DNA of 32,000 nucleotides from Kiritimatiella glycovorans (GTDB lineage: Bacteria > Verrucomicrobiota > Kiritimatiellia > Kiritimatiellales > Kiritimatiellaceae). The notes under the pieces are model-generated. The model was not told the DNA's origin and did not search any database. It worked only from the letters and a program-made list of their open reading frames with translations. A program made the translations under genes and the position numbers. The stretch is taken from the NCBI RefSeq assembly GCF_001017655.1, contig NZ_CP010904.1, positions 180,001-212,000 on the forward strand, written 5' to 3'. Of the stretch, positions 14,057 through 22,800 are shown one piece after another. Position 1 is the stretch's first letter, and every line of letters starts with the position of its first letter.

Positions 14057-15391
14057 ATGAAATGGCGATGCACGGTATGCGGGTATGTTCACGAGGGCGA
14101 CGAGCCGCCGGAGGAGTGTCCGGTCTGTGGCGCGCCGGCCGAGCAGTTTGAACCGCTGGAGGAAGAGGCGGCGGATCGCGACGCCGGGCAGGGCGGAAGC
14201 GCCGGACGCGTGGTGGTCATCGGCGCCGGCGTGGCGGGGCTGACCGCGGCGGAGATGATCCGCGATCGCGATCCCGACGCCGAAATCACACTGCTCTCCG
14301 ACGAGCGCGAACTCCCGTACTACCGGCTCAACCTCACCCGCTTTCTGGCGGGCGACTGCCCCGAAGAGAATCTCCCCATCCACCCCGCTGCCTGGTACGA
14401 CGAGAAAAAGATCGATCTCCGCCTCGAAACGCGCGCGTCGGAGCTGGACGCGGAGAAAAAAGAAGTGCGGACCGAAGACGGCGAAACGTTCGGCTGGGAT
14501 CGTGTGATCCTCGCCACCGGCGCCGCGCCCGCCGTGCCGCCGGTCGAGGGCACCGGCCTCGACGGGATTCATACGCTGCGTTCGGCGGACGACGCCCGCG
14601 CGATCCGCGCCGCGGTCGGCGAGGGGCTCAAATGTATCTGCGTCGGAGGGGGCATCCTCGGACTCGAAATCGCCGGCGCACTCAACCGTCAGGGTGCCGA
14701 TGTCACCCTGCTCGAAATGCACGACCACCTGATGCCCCGCCAGCTCAATGCGACCGCCGGCGACCTGATGGCGGATTTCTGCCGGGCCCGGGGTATCGAC
14801 ATCCGCACCGGCGTGAGCGCAAAACGCTTTGCCGGCGAAGGCGCCGTTCGCGGGGTCGAACTGAACAGCGGGGAAAAACTGGACACCGGGCTGGTGCTGA
14901 TCAATATCGGCATTCGCTCTCGCACGGGGCTGGCCGCGGAACAGGGCATGGCATGCGGGCGGGGGGTCACCGTGGACGACCGTCTGCGCGCCGGGCTGGA
15001 CGGCGTGTACGCCGTCGGCGACGCCTGCGAGCACCGGGGCGTGAAGTACGAGGCCTGGGACCCCGCGCGCTACCAGGGCCACATCGCGGGGCTTAACGCG
15101 GCCGGCGTCGACACGCAGTTCGGCGGCATCCCGCGTCAACACGTGCTCAAGGTGCTGGGCTGCCCGATGATGAGCGTCGGCCGCTTCGAGGCGGAGGAGG
15201 GCGACCTGGTGATCGAGGACGGCGCCGAACGGCCCTATCGGCGGTTCGTGTTCCGCGACCGCCACCTCGCGGGCTGCGTCCTGCTCGGCGACACCGCCCT
15301 TTCCGAGAACGTGCGCGAAGCCATCGAATCCGGTCGCGATTTCGGCGACCTGCGCGGCTGCAGCGCCGACGACGTGGCCGACCGGCTGTGA
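14057..15391 (+). CDS. Rubredoxin-domain fused FAD/NAD(P)-dependent pyridine nucleotide-disulfide oxidoreductase
   Basis: The N-terminus WRCTVCGYVHEGDEPPEECPVCGAP provides two CxxC pairs. Two Rossmann motifs follow, VVVIGAGVAGLTAA and ICVGGGILGLEIAG, plus YAVGDA. A GGAGGA ribosome-binding site lies 6 nt upstream. Confidence 0.85.
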   Translation: MKWRCTVCGYVHEGDEPPEECPVCGAPAEQFEPLEEEAADRDAGQGGSAGRVVVIGAGVAGLTAAEMIRDRDPDAEITLLSDERELPYYRLNLTRFLAGDCPEENLPIHPAAWYDEKKIDLRLETRASELDAEKKEVRTEDGETFGWDRVILATGAAPAVPPVEGTGLDGIHTLRSADDARAIRAAVGEGLKCICVGGGILGLEIAGALNRQGADVTLLEMHDHLMPRQLNATAGDLMADFCRARGIDIRTGVSAKRFAGEGAVRGVELNSGEKLDTGLVLINIGIRSRTGLAAEQGMACGRGVTVDDRLRAGLDGVYAVGDACEHRGVKYEAWDPARYQGHIAGLNAAGVDTQFGGIPRQHVLKVLGCPMMSVGRFEAEEGDLVIEDGAERPYRRFVFRDRHLAGCVLLGDTALSENVREAIESGRDFGDLRGCSADDVADRL

Positions 15392-15519
15392 AGCGGGCCG
15401 GAAAGGGCACGCCTTGAAGCAGCAGCGAACCGGTTGCCGCACCGAACCCGCCGCCGCGGACTGAACGGAACGCGTTGGTGCCGTGTTGGAGCAGAAGAGG
15501 ACGAGACGGTGCTGAACCT

Positions 15520-15548
15520 TTGCATTCCCCGCGGGTTGTCCGTATGCT
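15520..15548 (+). promoter_or_regulatory. Sigma70-like promoter candidate for hflKC (TTGCAT - 17 nt - TATGCT)
   Basis: TTGCAT is at 15520-15525 and TATGCT at 15543-15548, with a 17-nt spacer. The element ends 30 nt upstream of ATG 15578, which has an AAGGAG site at 15565-15570. This is pattern match only. Confidence 0.35.
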
Positions 15549-15577
15549 GTCCTGCGTAATCAGCAAGGAGCGAGATT

Positions 15578-16588
15578 ATGAACGGATATGACGTCAACCC
15601 GGAGCGCGAGATCGATCTCGCCGACCTCTGGAGGCAGTACCGGTCCTACATCCTGCCGGTGGTGATTCTCGTGCTGATCGTCGCCGCCGTACTCAGCTCC
15701 ATCTACACGGTGGACACCGAGGGCAAGGCGGTGGTCAAGCGTCTCGGCAAGGTCGTGGCGATCAAGGATCCCGGCCTGCATCTGAAACTTCCCTTCGGGA
15801 TCGAGACCGCGATCTTCGTGCCGACCGAACGCGTGCTCAAGGAGGAGTTCGGTTTCCGGACCGTGGAGGCCGGACAGCAGACGCGCTACCGTCAGGGCGC
15901 CGCCGAGAAGGAAGAGTCGCTCATGCTCGCCGGCGACCTGAGCGTCGTCGACATGGAGTGGGTCGTGCAGTTCATGATCCGCGACCCCGACCAGTTTCTG
16001 CATAACGTGCGCAATCAGCAGGAGAGCATCCGCGATGTCTCCGAGGCGGTCATGCGGCGCGTGGTCGGCAACCGGCTCGGCGCCGATGTGCTCACCGTGG
16101 GCCGCGTCGAGATCGCCGGAAGGGTGCGCGAGGAGATGCAGCAGATCCTCGACAAGTACAATCTCGGCGTCCATATCCGTACCGTGGAACTCCAGGACGT
16201 CACCCCGCCCGATCCGGTGAAACCCGCCTTCAACGAAGTCAACGAATCGCGCCAGCAGAAGGAGCAGCTGGTCAACGAGGCGGAAAAGAAACGCAATCGC
16301 GAGATCCCGCGCGCCCGCGGGGAGGCCGAGCGGATCGTGTCGGAGGCGGAAGGGTTTGCCGCGGAGCGGGTCAATCGCGCGAAAGGCGATACGGCGCGTT
16401 TTCTGGCGGTGCTGAAGGAATATAAGCAGGCCCCGTCCGTGACGCGTCGGCGCCTGTTCGTGGAGACCATGGAGGAGGTGCTGCCCGCGGCGGGCGGCCT
16501 CTACGTGACGCGTGACGAAGGCCCCTCGCCCCTCCCGATTCTGCCCCTCCGCGATGCGCTGTCACGCCAAATGAAGGAGGCGAAGTGA
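15578..16588 (+). CDS. hflK: FtsH protease modulator HflK (SPFH/band-7 family)
   Basis: 336 aa with a single N-terminal TM (ILPVVILVLIVAAVLSSIY). Motifs include VVKRLGKVV...PGLH.KLPFGIE, EVNESRQQKEQLVNEAE and GEAERIVSEAEGFAAERVNRAKGDTARF. It is immediately followed by hflC. Confidence 0.88.
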   Translation: MNGYDVNPEREIDLADLWRQYRSYILPVVILVLIVAAVLSSIYTVDTEGKAVVKRLGKVVAIKDPGLHLKLPFGIETAIFVPTERVLKEEFGFRTVEAGQQTRYRQGAAEKEESLMLAGDLSVVDMEWVVQFMIRDPDQFLHNVRNQQESIRDVSEAVMRRVVGNRLGADVLTVGRVEIAGRVREEMQQILDKYNLGVHIRTVELQDVTPPDPVKPAFNEVNESRQQKEQLVNEAEKKRNREIPRARGEAERIVSEAEGFAAERVNRAKGDTARFLAVLKEYKQAPSVTRRRLFVETMEEVLPAAGGLYVTRDEGPSPLPILPLRDALSRQMKEAK

Positions 16589-17577
16589 TGAGGAAGGAAG
16601 CAGCAAAGGGGAATGTCGTTCTGGCCGCCGTGATCGTCGTGGCGGCCGCCGCGCTCGTAACCCTCCTCTCCGCGGCCTATACCCTCGACGAGACCGAGCA
16701 GGCGGTGATCCTGCAGTTCGGCGCGCCGATCGGAGAACCGGTCACCACTCCCGGGCTCCATTTCAAGAAACCGTTCATCCAGGAGGTCCGCCGGTTCGAC
16801 AAGCGCGTCCTGGCCTGGGACGGCGACCCGAACCAGATCCCGACCCGCGGGCGGGAATTTATTTCGGTCGACACCACCGCGCGCTGGAAGATCGTCGATC
16901 CGCTCAAATTCCTCAAGAGCGTCCGCAACGAGACGGGGGCGCAGTCGCGGCTCGACGACATCATCGACTCCGTCGTGCGCGACAGCATCTCGAGCACGGA
17001 ACTCACCGATATCATCCGCTCCCGCGACTGGGCGGTGGAGGAGGAGAAGATCGAGGAACTCGCCGTGCCCGTCGAGAAGAAGAAGGAGGAGCTGAAGAAG
17101 AAGGTCCGCGTCGGCCGCGAAAAACTGACGCAGGACATCCTCAAGGAGGCGGGCAAGGTCATGCCCAGCTACGGGATCGAGCTGCGTGACTTCAGGATCA
17201 AGCGCATCAATTACATCAGCTCGGTCCAGAAACAGGTCTTCGACCGCATGATCTCCGAGCGGCAGCGGATCGCCGAGGGATTCCGCGCCGAAGGCGAAGG
17301 GAAGAGCCAGGAGATCCAGGGGCAGACGCGGCGCGAAGTGCAGGAGATCGTCTCCGAAGCGGAGCGCGAGGCACAGGTCATCCGCGGCGAGGCGGAGGCC
17401 GAGGCGACCCGGATCTACAACGAGGCCTACAGCAGCGATCCGGAGTTCTACACCTTCTACCGGACCCTGAAAAGCTATCGCGAGACGGTGACCGACAAGA
17501 CCGTACTGTTCCTCGACGCCGATTCGGAATATCTCCGCTTTCTGAACGAGACCGGCGATGCGAAGGCGGCGCAGTAG
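16585..17577 (+). CDS. hflC: FtsH protease modulator HflC (SPFH/band-7 family)
   Basis: 330 aa with an N-terminal TM. Motifs include QAVILQFG, TPGLHFKKPFIQEVRRFDKRV, IPTRGREFISVDTTARWKIVDP and RAEGEGKSQEI. The start is GTG 16585 or ATG 16588 (GTGATG), overlapping the hflK stop. Confidence 0.88.
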   Translation: MMRKEAAKGNVVLAAVIVVAAAALVTLLSAAYTLDETEQAVILQFGAPIGEPVTTPGLHFKKPFIQEVRRFDKRVLAWDGDPNQIPTRGREFISVDTTARWKIVDPLKFLKSVRNETGAQSRLDDIIDSVVRDSISSTELTDIIRSRDWAVEEEKIEELAVPVEKKKEELKKKVRVGREKLTQDILKEAGKVMPSYGIELRDFRIKRINYISSVQKQVFDRMISERQRIAEGFRAEGEGKSQEIQGQTRREVQEIVSEAEREAQVIRGEAEAEATRIYNEAYSSDPEFYTFYRTLKSYRETVTDKTVLFLDADSEYLRFLNETGDAKAAQ

Positions 17578-17677
17578 GAAGGGCCTCGAACAGCATTCCG
17601 GTGCGAACGGGGTTCAGGACGCGAAGAATCCGGAATGCGGCGGCCGGCGTCGCGGAGGCACCCTGCAGGCCGGAGAT

Positions 17678-19777
17678 ATGCCGGGACTCATGACGAAGCA
17701 CCGACCGTTCAAAAAGCGGAGGGACCGCGCGCGGCGCGTTTCATCCGCTTTTTTCGTGATCGTCCTGCTTTCCATGCTGACGGCGACGACCGCCGCGCGG
17801 GCCGTGCCGGTGACCTGGAGCGAACCCGAAGCGGAGTTCCGGCTGCTGCTGGTGCTCCGCGGGAATACCCGCTGGCCCGCGAAGGCGGGATTCGTCTCGT
17901 TCTGCACCTCCCCGTACCGGCCCGAAACGTCCGCGTTCACGGTGCGCAGGCTGGACGGGGTCCCGGTGGGCACCCGCCGCCTGTGGGTCCGCGACGGCGA
18001 GCCGGTCAAACTCATGTTCGACACCTCGTCGGGTGAGCGGAGCTATTACCTCTACATCGGTCCGAAGGACCGGCTGGAGGAGAAGTCTTTCGAACCTCAA
18101 AGCGGGGTCATCCTCGAAACGCGCCCCGCCCACGCCTTCCGGATCGGTTCGGTCGATCAGTTCCGCAAGGTCTGGGAGGCGGCCGGCGAACCCTACGGAA
18201 GGTCGGTCGTCCCGAAGATTTTCGACGGCATCAACCGGTTCGGCCCGTCCACGGAGTTCATGTCCCGCTATCGGGGCTGGTTCGAGCTGAAGGAGAAGGG
18301 CGCGTACGAAATCGCGACCGTGGCCGACGACCTCGCGTTCGTGCTGATCGACGGACGCACCGTGGTCGAGTGGCCGCGCGGGAAGAACTTGTGGCGCCAC
18401 CGCAGCGGTGAAGTGCACGCGGAGGTGGAACTCGACAAGGGGGTGCACGAGATCGAGTACCTGCACCTCCAACAGCACCACCGCAGCGTGGCCATGACCG
18501 CCTGGCGCAAGAAGGGAGCGGACCGCTTCCACCTGATGCAGGACGGGGTCTATCGCCCCGTTGCGCATTTCGACCCCTCGGCGTGGATGGCGGCGGACCC
18601 GGACCGGCAGCCGGGACTGGTCACCTGGCGCATCGTCGATTCGCTCGAACTCGACGACCGGGCCGTCGTGCGGGCGGAGTTCCGCGTCCGGCCGGAGGAC
18701 GAGGATCTCCGCTACCGGTGGACATTCGATGACGGCACGGTGGTCGACGGCGCGGCGGTGACCCATATCTTTCTGCGGCCCGGCCGGCGCCGCTTCCGTC
18801 TGCAGGGACTGGACGGACGCTGGACCGAACAGGAGTGGAAGGGCACCGTGCGCGTGCATCGTCGCTGGGAAGAACGCTTCCGCTGGAACGAAGAGATATT
18901 CGACGCCCTCAGACCGCACCTCATGGAACGCGACCTGGCTTCGCTGCCGGTGGAGGATTTCACTTATTTCATGGAATGGGCGTCGTCGGCCCACGACCTC
19001 GAGCTGCTGGGCCGGAGCGTCGACGAGGCGCGCCGGCGCGCGGACGGTCTCAAACGTGACGCGCCGGAGGCGCTGCTGCGGATCGGCGCGTATTACGCCC
19101 GCGCCCGCAAGCACGAGTACGAGGAGGCCGAACAATGGTTCCGGACGGTGATCGGCCTCGACTCGGCGCCCGCGCCGCTGAAGGATCGCGCCCGGCTCGA
19201 ACTGGGCGCGCTGCTGCTGAAGGCCTACGGCAAGCCGCAGGAGGCTCAGCAGGTGTTGAAGGCCGTCAGACCCCCGCACCTCTCGAACCGGCTTCAGCGG
19301 CGGCTCCGGTTCCTGGACGCGGAACGGCTGCTGATCGCGGGGGATACGGGCCGGGCGCGCGAGGCCTTCGAGCGGCTGGCCGCCGGAACACGCATGGATT
19401 CCCGTTCCGTGCTGCGCCGCCGCGCGACGGCGCAGGAAGCGGCGGCCGCGCTCGACGAGGGCCTGACGGAAGAGGCGCTCGACAGGATGCGGGGTCTGAT
19501 GCTCGAGGATCCGCGCGAACGGCTCGATCTCGACCGCATCGACCTCCTGCGGCGCATCTATCTCAGGAGCGGAGACCTCCTCCGCGCGCGCGTCCTGTGC
19601 GCCTCCAGCCTCCCCCTGGCCGTCTCCGACCGCGAACGCTCCGAACTGCTCTACGCCCTCGCCGACGTCTACGATCGAATGGGCCGCGAGGACCGGGCCC
19701 GCGAGACCGCCCGCCGCATCATCGACGAGTATCCCTACAGTGCCGCCGCCTCCCGCGCCGCCGGTCGATGGAAGTGA
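17678..19777 (+). CDS. Secreted multidomain protein: PA14-like domain, PKD-like domain, TPR-like C-terminal region
   Basis: Start chosen at ATG 17678 (MPGLMTKH...; alternative 17690). The signal peptide is FFVIVLLSMLTATTAARA. The PA14-like segment is YRGWFELKEKGAYEIATVADDLAFVLIDGRTVVEW. The PKD-like segment is YRWTFDDGTVVDGAAVTHIFLRPGRRRFRLQ. The C-terminus is helical-repeat-like. Confidence 0.65.
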   Translation: MPGLMTKHRPFKKRRDRARRVSSAFFVIVLLSMLTATTAARAVPVTWSEPEAEFRLLLVLRGNTRWPAKAGFVSFCTSPYRPETSAFTVRRLDGVPVGTRRLWVRDGEPVKLMFDTSSGERSYYLYIGPKDRLEEKSFEPQSGVILETRPAHAFRIGSVDQFRKVWEAAGEPYGRSVVPKIFDGINRFGPSTEFMSRYRGWFELKEKGAYEIATVADDLAFVLIDGRTVVEWPRGKNLWRHRSGEVHAEVELDKGVHEIEYLHLQQHHRSVAMTAWRKKGADRFHLMQDGVYRPVAHFDPSAWMAADPDRQPGLVTWRIVDSLELDDRAVVRAEFRVRPEDEDLRYRWTFDDGTVVDGAAVTHIFLRPGRRRFRLQGLDGRWTEQEWKGTVRVHRRWEERFRWNEEIFDALRPHLMERDLASLPVEDFTYFMEWASSAHDLELLGRSVDEARRRADGLKRDAPEALLRIGAYYARARKHEYEEAEQWFRTVIGLDSAPAPLKDRARLELGALLLKAYGKPQEAQQVLKAVRPPHLSNRLQRRLRFLDAERLLIAGDTGRAREAFERLAAGTRMDSRSVLRRRATAQEAAAALDEGLTEEALDRMRGLMLEDPRERLDLDRIDLLRRIYLRSGDLLRARVLCASSLPLAVSDRERSELLYALADVYDRMGREDRARETARRIIDEYPYSAAASRAAGRWK

Positions 19778-19890
19778 ACCCGTACGAATTTTGAATGTTT
19801 CGGCCCCGCGCTTTTCCAAACGGCGGGAATCGATTATCGTCCGGCTTCGGTGCCGTTGCCGTTTCCGGGCCTTGAGAGGAGAGACTGACC

Positions 19891-22800
19891 ATGGTTGTCC
19901 GACGTTACGCCTTTATGATCCTTGCCGCCCTGCTGTATGTCCCGGGGGTGCTCGCCCTCGAATTCCCCTCTGCCGACGAGCTTCGCGAACGCGGCAGGAG
20001 GGCGGACCTGGAGCGCTTCCCCAACGCCGACGCGGTGATGCTGAGCGACCTGGCCACGGTGTGCTACGATGCCTCGGGCGTCTACACATCCCGGATGGAT
20101 GTGGCCTACCGGATCCTCACCGAGAAAGGCAAGCGCACCCACCGCACCCAGTCGCTCGGGTTCGACCGCGCCTACAGCCGCGCGTACTTCGAACGGGTCG
20201 AGGTCATCCAACCCGACGGCCGTGTGCGGGAGGTAGACCTGGACGAGAATACCCGCGAAATGGCCTCGCCGGGCCAGATGCGATCGAACATCTACAACCC
20301 GAACATCCGCCGGCTCCAGCTCAGCGTCCCGGGACTCGAGATCGGGGACATCCTCCGTTACCGCGCGCGCCGCGAGGTGTTCAAGACCCGCGTTCCGGAC
20401 ACGTGGAGCGACCGCTTCCTGTTTGAGGGCACCGATCCGGTGCTGTACGCCGAATTCGAAATCGACGCGCCCGCGGCGCGCCCGCTCGAAAAGATATCGC
20501 TCAGCGATTCCGTCGGGGACACCGTCGACCATGCGGTCACCACCCACGGCAACCGCATCCTGTACCGATGGACGGGACGGGACATACCCCGCATGTTTCC
20601 GGAGCCGTCGATGCCCTCGCAGGCGAGCGTGGTTCAGCGGGTACTGGTCAGCACGATCCCCGAATGGGAGGAACTCTCGCGCTGGTACTGGAACCTCAGC
20701 AAACCGCACCTCGACGCCGTCACGCCGGCCATGAAGGAAAAAGTGGCCGAACTGACCGCCGAAGACGCCACGCGCGAGGAGAACATCCGCGCCCTCTTCA
20801 CCTGGGTCTCGCAGAATATCCGCTACATGGGAATCACCCTCGAGGAAGAGGCCCCCGGCTACGAGCCGCATGACGTCGATCTCACCTTCGACCGCGGCTA
20901 CGGCGTGTGCCGCGATAAGGCCGCCCTGCTGGTCGCCATGCTGCGCCTCGCCGGATTCGACGCCTACCCGGTGCTGATGATGGTGGGGCCGAAGAAGGAC
21001 GAGACGGTTCCGCAGCCCTGGTTCAACCACGCGATCGTCGGTGTGCGCGAACCGGACGGCTCGTTCCGGCTGATGGATCCCACCGATGAAAACACGCGCA
21101 ACCTGCTTCCCCGTTATCTGTGCGACATGAGTTATCTCGCCGCCACGCCGGAAGGCGTCCCGCTGATGACCTCCCCGGTCTATCCCGCGGAGGAGAACCT
21201 GGCGCGCATCGAGACCGAGGGGCGGCTGGAAGCGGACGGGCGCCTGCGGGCCGAGACGCGCATTATCTTCGAAGGGATCAACGACAGCGCCTACCGCGGG
21301 CATTTCGCGCGCCTGCGTCCCGGGGAGCGCGAGGACTTTTTCGAGGGCCGGATCGAGGCCCTGGTGCCGGGGGCGAAACTGCGCGACCTGGAGATCGAAC
21401 CGCAGCCCGTGCGGGACACCTCCCGTCCCCTGAAGGCCGTCTTCTCCTGGACGGCGGACGGACTGTTCGCGGAGCAGGACGACCGCCGCCTCTTCCGGCC
21501 GCCGGAGTGGGGTCGGATCTTCGGCGTCACGCGTTCGGCGCTCAGTCATACGGGACTGGAAGAACGCGAATACCCGCTCCGGATCCGGTTCCCCTCGGGC
21601 CTCGAGGAGTCCTTCCGCCTCGAGCTGGCGCCGGGACTGGAGGCGCCGCGAAACCTCCCGGCCGCGGAAGCCATCGAACGCGATTTCTTTTCGTGGAACC
21701 GGTCCCTGGGGGCGGGGAGCGGGGTGCTGACCGGCAGGGTCAGCACAAGGATGAAAACCATCGAACTCTCGCCCGACCAGTACCGCGAACTGAAGGCGGT
21801 ACTGGAGGACCTGGAGCACGCCGACCGGCATCGGGTCGTCTTCCCGGCCCCCCTGGAGGAGGATCCCGACGCCGATGTCGTCTATCTCGAGAACCGCGCG
21901 CGTCACGAACTGGACGACGCGCGGAACTGGACTTCGACCCGCACGGTGAGAAAAAAGGTGCTGACCTACGCGGGGAAGAAGGAGCACGCGGAACTCAAGA
22001 TTCATTTCAACCCCGCCTGGGAGGACGTCGAACTCGAGTACGCGCGGGTGATTGCGCCTTCGGGCGAGGTCCGTGAGATCCGCGACAACGAGACGAACCT
22101 GATGGACGCCGGCTGGGTGGCCTCCGCTCCGCGTTACCCCGCGGGCCGCATCCTGGTGGCCAGCCTGCCGGGCGTGGCGCCGGGCAGCGTCATCGAATAC
22201 CGGGTCGTTCGCCGGACGCGAAACCATCCCTTCTTTCACCTGCGCGCCTATCTGCGCAATTTCAATCCCGTCGTGTACGCGGCGGTGGAGATCGATGCTC
22301 CGCAGGGACTGGACGTGGCCGCCGGGCTCGAAGGCGGAGAGGGGGTTGCGGCATCGAGTACCGGGAAAAACGGGCGCGTCATCCGGCGCTGGGAGGCGCG
22401 GCGCGTTCGCGGGCTGAAGCGCGAGTCCGACCTCCCGCCGTTGTGGACGCTCGCCCCCACGCTGCTCGCCTCGACCGGCGAATGGCCGGTCTATGCTTCG
22501 GCACTGAACGAGCGTTTCAGGGAGTGCGCGGCGGCGGGGACGCGCGCGGCCGAAAAGGCGCGCGAACTCGTCGCTCCACACGGGACGCGCAGGGAAAAGG
22601 CACGCGCGATCCGCGACTACGTCGCCGAACAGATCCGCACGGCCGGCCCGGGATTCACCGGGTTGCCGCTTGAAGCGTTGAGCGATGCGGACGCGACCCT
22701 GGGCTCCGGCTACGGGCATAAGGCCGACCAGGCGATCCTGCTCTATGCCATGCTCGAAGCCGCGGGATTCGAGCCCGGTTTCGTGCTCGCCTCCAACCTG

